Assembly (NCBI GenBank): GCA_964016885.1
Contig: OZ024763.1
Span: forward strand, 19,530,001 to 19,594,000
Origin: Eledone cirrhosa
Taxonomy: Eukaryota
Length of the DNA: 64,000 nt
Reading direction: 5' to 3'
A program made the translations under genes and the position numbers. This document shows positions 42,508 through 55,269 of this stretch, piece by piece; within the stretch, counting starts at the first letter, position 1; each line of letters begins with the position of its first letter. The notes beneath the pieces are model-generated. The model was not told where the DNA came from. It was given only the letters and a program-made list of their open reading frames with translations, and ran no database searches.

Positions 42508-43579
42508 CTAGCAGTGGTACCCGGCGTTGCACGGGACAAGGTATTTTGGAATGCGGGCTGCCAGCAGACCTAATTGTGGAAAAACTGCATGCCTGGACAA
42601 TATGTAAAGAAAATAAACCGAATACTCTGATGGCTGGATAATCTAAGATTTTCCTCGATGAAGCAGGAAAAGGCAGGTTTTCAGCTAATGCGGGCCCTAG
42701 GGGCTCAAGAAAATGAATTTTGTTTATGTGCATAATATGCCTTGAAATTTCGGGATAATCGGCTAGACGTAACGCCTCAAAAGAGCCCTAAATAGCTGAA
42801 AACAATGAAGTTTTTCACCTAATGCGGGCCCTAGGCCATAAAAAAGTTGGATTATCTTTGCTCACAGTATGAAGAACAGACTGACTAATACATAGTTACA
42901 ATTTCAAGCAAATCGGTCTGACGTAACGCCTCAAAAAAACCCTACAAAGCTGGAAAAAACGCAGTTTTTCACCTAATGCTTTTTTTATGTCCATAACACT
43001 CCCTGAAATATAATACACACGTAAAATTTGAAAAAGATCGGTTGGGTATTTCTCGGGTTTCACACACACACACATACATACATAAATCCTTCCTCAGTTT
43101 TATATATATACATATAGAGATTAAAATAACAGAATAAAGTTTAAGCAAACAATCGTTGCTTTCACCCTTAACGGGATCTTCTGAAACTAAAAACATCAAT
43201 CTGGGAACGCAGAAGTAAATATTTCGAAAAACGTTGCAACCGAAGGAAAACAGGAAGACGATATTTTGGTTCGTGAAGACGTTCCCTGGCAATGAAGGGA
43301 TCATAGCGAACATAATACGTCATCAATGTTCGTCAGAATGTCGTAATGCAGACAGCCAGGCATACAGACATATTATAAGAGCACATCGGAGATGGATAAC
43401 CGGCGCCTAACACCCCTTTAACAACAGAAAATTGAAAAATAAAAGCTGCAGTTAATATCTTTAGACCGCAAGGAATATATAAATGCAAGTTTGAAGTCAA
43501 TCGGAGTAGAAATGTGAATTTGTATAGACCTTGCAAAAATGAGGACACACAGACAACATCAGTTTTATATATATAGAGA
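42508..43579 (-). mobile_element. Non-autonomous Helitron, paralog of 33903..35337
   Basis: CTAG with CCCGGCGTTGCACGGG hairpin at left. AGTTTTATATATATAGAGA at right. Confidence 0.78.
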
Positions 43580-44768
43580 TATTACTCCCTCAAACGGAAG
43601 AATATCGAAGATTACCACAATAACTAGGGAGTGGAGGACAAGATATGCTGGACATTGCTACTGAGGGTAGGATGACCTGATGAGCTGGCTCTTTTGGTGG
43701 ATTCCTAAACATAATAAGACCCTAGCTGGATGACTGAGATTGACCTACATAGATCAAACGTCTCTGGATGTCCAGCTGGAGATTAATGATCTCAGGAATG
43801 CCATGGAAGATCGTGACGTATAAAAGAGAAAAGTAGAATTGTTCTGGCCAATCCTCCTGATCTAATAAATAATAATTGTTTCTACTTTTTGGCACAAGGC
43901 CAGCAATTATCCCAGTGTATTACTGGTACTTTATTTTATCGACCGCGTAGGGATGAAAGGCAAAGTTAACCTCGGCGGGATTTGTACTCAGAATGGAAAG
44001 GGCCGTAACTCCATCCGTGAAAGCATGACGTCCGCCCCTCTACCGATACTGCCAAATAATAATTGTTTCTACTTTAGGCCAGCCAAACCCAGTGCATTAC
44101 TGGTACTTTATTTTATCGACCCCCGTAAGGATGAAAGATAATGATATATATATATTGATGAAAATTAATTATGGTGAAATATGTTGGAAATCATTCTCAG
44201 ATACATCCTGTAGAAAGTTCCACTTTATATTATTTGTCATTAAGGTTTCTTACAGAGACACAATCTCATTTCATTGTTGAGGGTGGTGGATAGGCAGAAT
44301 CAGTAGAGCATTCGACAACATACTTTCTGTCATATAGTTACATCCCTTTACATTCTGCTGATTTCCTCCTCAAAATTAGAAAGACAACAGCCCACTTGAG
44401 GAAGGAGTTCCACGAGGTGGAGTGGATGTTGCAGGAGGTGACAGGAGTATAACGTCTGTCCCTCTCCCGTTATTTTAGTTGCTTGGGCGGTGGATTGGCA
44501 GTATCGGTAGAGGGTCTGAGTTCAAATCCCGCCGAGGTTAACTTTGCCTTTCATCCTTACGGGGTCAATAAAATAAAGTTCCAGTAATACACTGGCATAA
44601 TTGCTGGCCTTGTGCCAAAAAGTAGAAACAATTATTTTAGTTGCTTGATTAGGTTTCGTTTTTCTTCTTTACATTTTCATTTCTTAAATATTTTATGACC
44701 TTTAACAGTGTGTTTTGTTTTAATATGAACAGTCATGTAAAATTCGTAATGTTATTTATACAAATCTG

Positions 44769-45440
44769 GGCGATACTTGGTTTTAGTGTCCTAAATTATC
44801 ATCATCGACATTCAATTATTAGCTCCACCCACTATACGAGACGTCACGACACGTGATCAGCTTTTGCCCATCTCATCCCTTATCGCCTTTCTGTTTGAAA
44901 TCAGTTAATAAACTGCAGAGAACAAAACGACAGGTAGTTTTCTGGGAAGTAAACAACAGGTGTTTCAATTGTCCACAACCAGTTATTACGATATAAAGAG
45001 ACTCAAAAGCCAAACAAAACAGTAGACATCAAAATTTGACTGCTGCCTAAATTAAACTAATTTATTTCCTAACATGAACTCGGACGTTTGTACATGTCAT
45101 ATGTATTACAATGAACTCTTAAATATCACATATTTTCTGTCAAAACATTGTTACGATTCGATGTAATTATATTTAATATTGAAGCATATAAATACCTATA
45201 ACTGTCTTTCCTGCTTTCCGTAACCCCCATCGAATGCACACACATTAACATGCGTGCCTGTATACACACACACTCAATACACTGATCCAATGATGGAAAG
45301 AAAAATGCTTCAAACAGAAAGGTGATAAGGGATGAGATCGGCCAAAGCTGATGACGTGTCGTGACGTAATCGTGTAGTGGATGGAGCTAATAATTGAATG
45401 TCGATGATGATAATTTAAGACACTAAAACCAAGTATCGCC
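44769..45440. mobile_element. MITE (Merlin-like), ~130-bp TIRs, 8-bp TSD CAAATCTG
   Basis: GGCGATACTTGGTTTTAGTGTC...GACACTAAAACCAAGTATCGCC. TSD at 44761-44768 and 45441-45448. Empty site ATACAAATCTGAATAAAG in paralogs. Confidence 0.92.
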
Positions 45441-46421
45441 CAAATCTGAATAAAGAAATAGCCTATTCATAGAACGTATAAATTAATGTAGCTGAAGGTT
45501 TTTCTAAATGTATTAAATTATGTAGGCGACTTTTAAATCATGTCACCGGCTTCAAGTAGCCAATAGAAAGTTATCATCTACATCGGCTCCGTTGTGTCAA
45601 CTTGTACCTAATCTAATTTTATCTTTTGTGGTGATTATTTCATATTAAGGTGAACGTTAATGTTTATAAATAATTAATTACCTTATAGTTGTTGTTTTAT
45701 CACCTGTATTATTAAATAGTTCATTTCATCACAAACAACACCCAACATCGTGAAGTGGTTGTTCAACATTTTACAGGACAGGAAAATATTATTTTAGTGA
45801 GAAATCAGTGAACATTTAGTTTTTACTAAATTTTCTTGACTTTATATTTGGTCTTGAAAACTAATGTACGTATTATTTCGTTTTCCATCACAGCACACAC
45901 ATTGTGAACTTTACTACTATCTGAAGTGAAATATCTTGATTTATTACCACACGAACAAACACTTCTACACACACACACGTCTATTTGTTTCTCTCTCTCA
46001 TACGTACACACTATGTCGATATATATTAACCTTCATCTTATGTAATTATGAATATTAATTCTCTTGTGACCTGAATTGTCCTCAATAACAAGGACCTTAA
46101 CTTTCGAAGACATATTCGTCTGTTTTATGAGCTGAAGATTTTAGTGTGCCTACTGCTTCTCTCACTATAACAAAAATAATAGTGGAATACTCCAAAATAA
46201 TTTCTCTCTTCATCCAAGATCAGTTTTACGCTGCCATGCGTCTTATTACTTGTACCGAGTGCTACATTACAACTTTGTAGAAGAAGAAAGCCGTGTCCTG
46301 CAGTCTTTTATGGACACTGTTGTATATTAGACTACATGGTATCTATTGACGATTTCTACATTTCTTAATATATGAGTAAAAGTGGTGAGAATCCTTTATG
46401 TAAAGATCACTAGCTAGAAAT

Positions 46422-47429
46422 ATGTCTGAATATAGCTGTGAGATTTGCAGGAAAACTTTCCCTTCAAAACTGAAACTATCCTCACATGGGAAAATACACG
46501 GAGAAAAACACTTCCACTGTGAAATATGTGGTAAATCTTTTGTCTGCAACAGAGACTTGAAAAGGCATATAAGAACACACACTGGAGAGAAACCATATTC
46601 ATGTGAAATATGTGAGAAATCTTTTTCTCGTGATTCTCATCTTGTAGATCACAAAAAAATACACACTGGAGAGAAACCTTATTCATGTGAAATATGTGGG
46701 AAATCTTTTTCTCAAGGTTCTCATCTTGTACGACACAAAAGAATACACACAGGCGAAAAACCTTATTCATGTGAAATATGTGAGAAATCTTTTTCTGATG
46801 GTTCTGACCTTGTAAAACACAAGAGAATACACACTGGAGAAAAACCCTTTCATTGTGAAATATGTGGGAAATCTTTTTCTGATGGTTCTGACCTTGTAAA
46901 ACACAAAAGAATACACACTGGAGAAAAACCCTTTCATTGTGAAATATGTGGGAAATCATTTTCTCGTGGTTCGTATCTTGTACGTCACAAAAGAATACAC
47001 ACAGGAGAAAAACCTTATTCATGTGAAATATGTGGGAAATCTTTTTCTCGTAATTCTACTCTTGTCATCCACATACGAAGTCACACTGGTGAAAAACTTC
47101 TTCACTGTGAAATATGTGGGAAATCTTTTGCCTGCAACAGTGGCTTGAAAAGACATAGAACAACACACGATGAAGAAAAGCCCTGCCACTGTGAAATATG
47201 TGGTAAATCTTTCTGCAATAGTTCTATTCTTGTAATCCACATACGAGGTCACACTGGAGAGAAACCCTTCCATTGTGAAATATGTGGGAAATCATTTGTC
47301 TCCAACAGTGACTTGAAAAGACATACCACAACACACACAGGAGAAAAATCTTATTCATGTGAAATATGTGGGAAATCTTTTTCTCAACGTTCTACACTTG
47401 TACGTCACAAAAGAATACACACTGCATAA
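46422..47429 (+). CDS. Tandem C2H2 zinc-finger protein (ZNF-7), 12 fingers
   Basis: Intact ORF. In-linker TAA is followed by two more in-frame fingers. Confidence 0.92.
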   Translation: MSEYSCEICRKTFPSKLKLSSHGKIHGEKHFHCEICGKSFVCNRDLKRHIRTHTGEKPYSCEICEKSFSRDSHLVDHKKIHTGEKPYSCEICGKSFSQGSHLVRHKRIHTGEKPYSCEICEKSFSDGSDLVKHKRIHTGEKPFHCEICGKSFSDGSDLVKHKRIHTGEKPFHCEICGKSFSRGSYLVRHKRIHTGEKPYSCEICGKSFSRNSTLVIHIRSHTGEKLLHCEICGKSFACNSGLKRHRTTHDEEKPCHCEICGKSFCNSSILVIHIRGHTGEKPFHCEICGKSFVSNSDLKRHTTTHTGEKSYSCEICGKSFSQRSTLVRHKRIHTA

Positions 47430-50400
47430 AAACCTTATTCATGTGACATATGTGGGAAACCTTTCACTAAGAGTTCTGATCTTGTAGTTCACAAAAGAAT
47501 ACACACTGGTCAAAAATCCTTGCAATGTGAAATATGTGGGAAATCCTTTGCCTCTAACAGTAAATGGAAAAGACATACAACAATACACACTGGAGAAAAA
47601 ACCTTATTCATGTGAAGTTTGTGGGAAATCTTTCCCTCAGAACTCTTCACGAGTTGTTCACAAACGTAGTCAACACTAGTGTTAAACCCCATTACTGGGA
47701 AATATGAAACACATTAATAAACACACAAACAGTTGGAGTAAGAATATGAAATAGGATAAATCTTACTCTTACACATTGAAGCATATATATATACACACAC
47801 ACACATATATATATATACATATCCATATATACACATACACATATATATATATATATATACACACACACTGAGGAATCTTGACTCACAAACGTAATTCATT
47901 CCTGAAGGCCGATCGTCAGCCAGATTGTTTGTAAACCGAAAACTATTTTTCCCATGTGAAATGTTAAGAAAGAAATACAGGGAGAGAGGGAGTGTAAAAG
48001 ACTGATAGATATCACCATAGTAACTAACTACGCAGCAAGTGACACTTTCCTGCTGATACTCCCAGCTTGTTGCTGGCTTGTATGTTCATTACTTGAGACA
48101 CCGTTCATCAATGAAGATGTTTTATGTACAGATTTGTTTTTAATGAGAGGAGTTTGTGATTTGAGGTTCCACTATATATATCAGTGTTGTAGTTTGATTG
48201 AAGCATTGTTGATAGGAAACACATTTAAATAATTTTGAAAACCTTACATTACGCTAGAAAATTAAAATTTCCAAAATATAGAATCTTTACCTTAGCAAAT
48301 TTACCAAATATTTTAGGGTTTTAAAACCTATTATTGATCCTTTAAGTCTCTCACAGGGATACTCGCTTGTATGGGTTTCAAAATTATTTAAATTTGTGCT
48401 TCATATATATATATATATATATATATGTACTTCTCTATCAATTGTAAGAAATAAACTGCCATATATCAAAGATTACCACAAAAACTAGGCAGTAGAGTAC
48501 AAGATATGCTGGACACTGCTACTGAAGCAAGGATGACCTGATGAGCTGGCTGCTGTTGTGGATACCTAAACATAGTAAGAACCTAGTGCGATGACCAAGA
48601 TTGACTTACATAGATCAGATGTCTCTGGATGTCCAGCTAGAGATTAATGATCTCAGAAATGCCAGACATCTAAAAGAGAAGAGTAGAGTTGTTCCGGCCA
48701 ATCCACCTGACCTAATAAATGATAATGATAATATATATTGATGAAAATTAATTATGGTGAAATATGTTGGAAATTATTCTCAGAGGTTTTGTATTGTAAT
48801 CCACAAATACACCGTGGAAAGTTCTACTTCATATTATTTGTCATTGCCATTCTGAGTTCAAATCCCGCCAAAGTTAACTTTGCTTTTCATCCTTATGGGG
48901 TCGATAAAATAAAGTACCAGTAATGCACTGGGTAACTGCTGGCATTGTGCCAAAAGTAGAAACAATTATTTGTCATGTTGAGGGTGGTGGATTTACAGAA
49001 TCTAGTGTCAGATGATATGCTGCTGAGGTTAGCTTTACTTTTCTTCCTCAGCGGTTCAGTAAAATAAAGTACCAGTAATCCACTGGAGTTGATTTAATCA
49101 GCTTTCTCCTTCCCTTCCAATAGCTGGCGTTGATAAAAAACAATACCAGTCTAATACTGGGGTCTGTTTTTCCTCTCTATTTCTTCCACTCTCTCATTCT
49201 CTTTCCTTCTCTGGAAGAAATCAACTGTTCAAACTTGGTGAGTGAAGGGCTCCACCAAGCTTCAAATATCCACAGTGGCACCATTATGACTACATCATTT
49301 ACAAAAACAAAACTAAAGATTTATTCTTTATTTTATAAATCTTACCTGGTTTATATTTATATTTATGACAAAATATCCATGTGATTTATGTGTAAATAAA
49401 ACCGATTTTATAACTAATATTTGTTGGATGGTACTTTCATGACAGTTCAAATTATTAACATTTGAAAATACTTTAAAACTCTCTCTTTTTCTTCACCCAT
49501 TTATTCCTGGGAGGGTTGTAGGAGGTAGAGTCCTCACCCGTTTATAGGTCCTATATGTGTAAAGTTTCCACAACAGATACACAACACATCCAAACCAGGT
49601 AGTTATACCTACCCAGTATTTTGATTTTAGTGATTTTTTTTGTAACAAATCTCAACATCCGAGACCTTACTAAGTGGAGTGCAACTCATCAGATTGGACC
49701 AAGGAAACAAAGTTTCCATTGGTCTTTCCAATTGATGATATAATCTATAATCTACCAGTTGTAACTCCGGTAAGTAGAACAAGGGGAAATAAAGTGTCCT
49801 GCTGAAGAACTTAACACATCACCTAGTCTAGGAATTGAACTCAGAACCTCATGATTGTCAATCCAACTCTCTTACTACTAAGTGACATATCTTCCTAAGT
49901 TTCAGTGATAGTGGACAGTAAATAACGTGATGGTGGTCATTTTATTTGATAGATTGACCAGTTGATCATCTCAATGGTGTATTATTGCCTTTTTTTCACA
50001 GCGTCTCTTGAAGTCGATGAGAAAAAGGTAATAGAGTATTGGTTAGGGTGTTGGACTCAATGATAAACTTGTGAGTTCAATTCCTGCGATTGGCAACATG
50101 TTCTGTCGTACCAGAAGACAATTTATTTCATGTTTCTTCAGTCCAATCAGCTGGAAAAAAATTAGTTGTGACAACTCTGGTTCCAAGCTATATCAGGCTG
50201 TGACTTTCCTTTGGACAACATCATATAGTCTATATATAGTGATAACATGGGATGTATAGCTCTTTAGTTCTTAGTCCAGATTGTTCCATCAGGAATATAT
50301 GTCAACTAATTGTCTCCAATGATTTCAGTTGGTGACAGATTGTTAACATCCATGGCAGCTGATGTTGACAGTTTGTGGGTCATTTTGGAATGTGTTCCAC

Positions 50401-50729
50401 CAGGTTATCTTCGGCTGGCCTCTTTTCCACATGGCTTCAGGGTGTATCCATGTCATCGCTGTTTTAGACAGGTGGTCTTTTGGAGGGTGCAGAATGTGAC
50501 ACACAAAATGGAACCAACATTCTATGATGATCTCCTGTAGTGTATGTGACCCTGCTCTCCACAGGATCTCACCAGCTGACCTTTAGAATCTTATGCAGGC
50601 ACCTTTGTTAGAAAATGTTTAGAGACCTATCCATCTTCACAGTGCGTTTCCATGTTTCACAGTCATAGATGGTCATGGGAAGCACAATGCTAGTGTACAA
50701 GCGGAGCTTGAGATACATGCTGAGGGCTC

Positions 50730-51715
50730 TATTTGACCAGAACCGAGATCCCCTCAGGGAAATAGCCTTCTCCAGTATATAGGAAAGGCATTGGTAGAAA
50801 TTCCATCCTCTGCTCCATATGCAAAATGTCGGTATGCAAGAGATGTGATGGGATCTCAGGAAGTTTAGCTCTGAATGTAGGCTCTATGTGTGGCAGTTGC
50901 ACTGGAACAGTAAACAGCAAATGAGGGCTACCAAATTCTCAGACGGGTCTGTAGAAACAGTAGATAGCTCCTGCTACTTAGGTGCCCGAAATAGCAGTGG
51001 TGCTGGGTATTCTGAAAGTACAGTAGCCAGAGTAAGAACGGGATGGAGGAAGTTCAGGGAACTACTGGCTACATAAGGCTTCTCAAAATGAAAGGCAGAT
51101 TATCTGATGCATGTGAACGTTCAGCAAGGCTACATGGTACTGAGACTTGGGCGCTGCATGCAGAAGTCTTGTGTAGATTGGAAAGAAATGAAGCATAAAT
51201 CAACTGAGAAAGAAACTAGGCATAAAAGGAATCAAATTCTGTATGCAGGAGAGGAGATTGCTTTGGTGTGGACATGTGTTGCGTATGAAGGAAGACAGCT
51301 GCATAAAAAGCGCTGAAAGTCTTTGGAATCCTTGGAGTGGGGTGACCCAGGAAAACCTGGGATGAGGTGATTAAAGCCTACCTTGCCCAATTTCACCTCT
51401 CAGAAGAGATGACACATGACCAAGATCTCTGGCGATGTGCAGTAATACAACAGTAATACGAACACAAGCTGAAGCATATGTACAGTATGCTCCGCTCCCA
51501 ACAGCCCGCCTAGCCCACACACTAAAGTGGACGTGTAAAAGACACGACAAGAAGCACCCAGCCCACACTGTGAATGTGGTTGGCATTAGGAAGGGCAACC
51601 AGCCAGAAACACCCCTATATGTGTGGTCACGGTCACCCGACACAACTTGCCTCAAAATAGGATCCATCCAACCCATGCTAGCATCGAAGATGGACATTAA
51701 TCAATGATGATGATA
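50730..51715 (+). mobile_element. RTE LINE 3' fragment (paralog of 37800-38400)
   Basis: VETVDSSCYLG...STVARVRTGWRKFRELL and (GAT)n tail. Confidence 0.82.
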
Positions 51716-51857
51716 TATATGTAGTGTACACATAGTATAGTATAGTGCATATATATATATATATATGATAAATGCTGGGGTCAAGCTGATTCAGCCATTC
51801 CTCTGGACAACATTATATATAGTGTATGTATGTAGTATATATATATATACATATACC

Positions 51858-53845
51858 AGTTGCAACACTAACTTCAAGAAGCCTACCAACCACCTAATAA
51901 CCTACTAATCAAGCGAGCACATAAGCCAGATTGACTTCTTGCTAGTTAGGCAATGAGACAGACAGATGGTGTCAAATACTAAGGCATACCCCGGGGAAGA
52001 ATGTATCCAGTGACATCTCAATAAACAAGAGACATACAGGAAGGTGTGGAAAAGGAACACCTGGAAGCTAAAAGACCTTTCACTAAAATATGAATTTAGG
52101 AAAGCCTTCAAGATGTGTATGACGCAAAAGAAGACGATTCAGAATCGTGTGACATAGATGATAACTGGAATTTCTTACTTGACAACTTACTGTAGGCTAC
52201 TGAAGACACTTATGGCTGGAGCAGAGCTCCGACCAGACAAAGAGTGACCTGGTGGTGGAACAGCATGGTAGATAGGGCCATTAGCGACGAAACGCTAGCA
52301 TGGGATGCTTGGAAAAAATGGTGGGAGTAGAGACCGATACACAGCCGCTAAGAGAGAAGCTAGACGTCAGGTGTACTTAGCAGGCAGGGAGGCTGAGAGT
52401 AAGAGGTTTGCCAATGTTCTGTGATGGGAAGATCAGAGACGTGCAGTATTTTGCATTTCAAGGCAGTGTGTCAGTGTAAATCAGGATGTTGTTGGAGATA
52501 AGTGTGAAATGATGCTGCTGTACTTAGTGTCACTAATGATCAGAAAAGGGGGGCCTAGAAATGTCATTATGACAGACTAATTGGAGAAAGTATCAAATTA
52601 GATGAGATGCAGTTTGGTTTTGTGCCTTGGAAAAGTACAACAGATGCCCTCTTCTTAGTAAGACAACTACAAGAGAGGTTCTTAAAGAAGAATAAGCCAC
52701 TATACTTAGCTTTTGTTGACCTAGAGAAGGTCTTTGATAGGGTACCCTGATCTGTCATCATAATGGAGTTTACTGAGGAATTCCAGATACAAGTAGGAGT
52801 ACATCAGGGTTCAGTCCTCAGCCCACTGTTGTTCATTATAGTCCTCCAAGCCATAACAGAGTAGTTTAAGACTGGCTGCTCATGGGAACTTCTCTATGCT
52901 GACAATCTGGTAATTATAGCAGAATCAGTAGAGGAGCTAGAGAATAAATTCTGGCAATGGAAACAGCAGTTGGAATCAAGAGGACTAAGAGTGAACCTAG
53001 CTAAGACAAAAGTGTTGATAAGTAGAAAAAGAGACAAAACCATGATTCCATCATAAATTCTATAAAATGTGCACAATGCAGATCTTGGATACACAAGAGA
53101 TGTAGTGGGATAGGAGGCAAACTTACAGGTAGGGAAAACCATGTATGCAGTAGATGTACAGGTAAATTTTTGACAGTAGAAGTCGAAGTGACAGATACAT
53201 TTTTCAAATGCAGGTGGGTTCTATAGAAGTGGTTCACAGCTTCCGGTACCTAGGTGATCAGATTAGCATGGGAGGAGATGTTCCGAGGCCATAGTATCTA
53301 GAATAAGGACAGGTTGGAAGAAGTTTAGGGAGCTGCTTACTCTGTTGACCTAGAAGGGTTTCTCCCTACGAACGAAAGGCCGGTTATATGATGCCTGTGT
53401 GAGATGCGCAATGCTGGATGGTAGTGAGACATGGGCAGCAACTGCAATGGATATGCGACGGCTGGAGAGGAATGAAGCAAGCATGCTCTGTTGGATGTGC
53501 TATGCCAGTGTGCGTGAACAACCAAGCATAGATGAGTTGAGAGAGAAACTGTGTAGAAGAGGGATAAGTTGTAGTGTGCGGGAGAGAAGACTTTAATCGT
53601 ATGGACGTGTGATGCGCATGGAGGATGACCACTGGGTAAATAAGTGCCAAGAAATGTCAGTAGAAGGAAGACGCAGTAGAGGAAGACCACAAAAACATGG
53701 ATGGAGGTGGTGAGAGCAGACCTCAGATCGCTGAAGCTCACAGAGGAGATGACAGAGGTCAGTGAGAAGTGAAGAAATGCTGAGCTGAATAGGACCCATC
53801 CCACCATTGCAAGCAGAGAAAAGTGGATGTAAAATAGTGATGATG
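51858..53845 (+). mobile_element. RTE LINE decayed copy (paralog of 38543-40735)
   Basis: Co-linear near-identity with shared stops and different deletions. Confidence 0.88.
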
Positions 53846-55078
53846 ATATATGTAGTGTATATAATAGTTGTAATGTCACCAGTGCCAATCTATATCAGCT
53901 TTTCTCTTGGTCAACATGATATATAGTCTATATATATTGGACAATATTATATATAGAGTATATGTGGTGTAAATAATAGTTGTTATGACGACATTCTATA
54001 TACATATGTACACACACACTGACAAACATGTATTTACATATCGAAGGATTTATGAGTATTTCATAGGCTAACCAAGTTACTCTCATGGAATGAAACGATG
54101 TATACACATATATACTTATACATATGTATACAAACACATATTTTATAGTAAAGACATACATCATATTGTAATATCATGTTTTCAATTCTTAGCGAGGTAG
54201 GTACATTGTGTCCTTAAGCAAGACACATCATTCCACATGTCTCTCATCTCCACAGCTGAAAAACACAAGTAGCAGAATTTGGAGGTTTAGCATGGGCTGG
54301 AATATTCTCTGCCTCCAACCTTTTCACTTCGGCCACAAACCCAGACTTTGCTACCTGCTGTAGAGAGAAGAAGAAGGAATTAGAATGACAACAGTCCACT
54401 TGAGGAAGGAGTCCCATGGGATGGAATGGATGTTGTAGTGGGTACCTCTGGCTATTCTCCATGGTAACACCTTTGCCATTTTTTCTGTAGGGTGGGGCTG
54501 AATCACAGCTCAGACTGAAATATAATGTCTGTCCCTTTGCCTCTCCCATTATTTTCGTTGCTTGGGCGGTGGATTGGTAGTATCGGTAGAGGGTCAGACG
54601 CCATATTTTGCCGCATAGAGTTACGGCCTTACCATTCTGCCTTCAAATCCCGCCGCAGTTAACTTTACCTTTCATCCTTACAGGGTCGATAAAATAAAGT
54701 GCCAGTCACGCACTGGGGTCGATTTAATGTACACCCCCCCCCCCCCCCCCCCAAAAAAATTACTGGCCTTGTGCCTAAATAAGAAACCATTATTTATACA
54801 AATCTGATTAAAGAACTAGCATATTGATTGAACGTGTGAATTAACATAACTGAAGGTCTTTCTGAATGTATTAAATTATGTAGGGGACTCTTAAGCCATG
54901 GCACCGACTTCAAGTAGCCATTAGAAAATTATCATCTACCTCGGCTCCATCGTTACCACTTGTTACCGTCGTTACCACATAAAATGTGAAGATTGAGAAA
55001 TCCTTCTCTTATACATCTCAACATATAAGCGTGTGTATATATATATATGTTTTTATTTAATATTTATATATATATATA

Positions 55079-55266
55079 CAGCGGTGGTACCCGGCGTTGC
55101 ACGGGATAAGGTATTTTGGAATGCGGGCTGCCAGCAGACCTAATCGTGGAAAAACTGCATGCCTGGACAATATGTAAAGAAAATAAACCGAATACTCTGA
55201 TGGCTGGATAATCTAAGATTAAACCTGCCTTTTCCTGAAGCAGGAAAAGGCAAGTTTTCACCTAAT
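55079..55266 (-). mobile_element. Truncated third copy of the Helitron 3' end
   Basis: GGTACCCGGCGTTGCACGGGATAAGG... matches 42515 onward. Confidence 0.75.
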
Positions 55267-55269
55267 TCG

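Noticed and set aside
48216-48402. ~35-bp imperfect inverted repeat
   Set aside because: AT-rich, short and without a TSD, so too weak to call.
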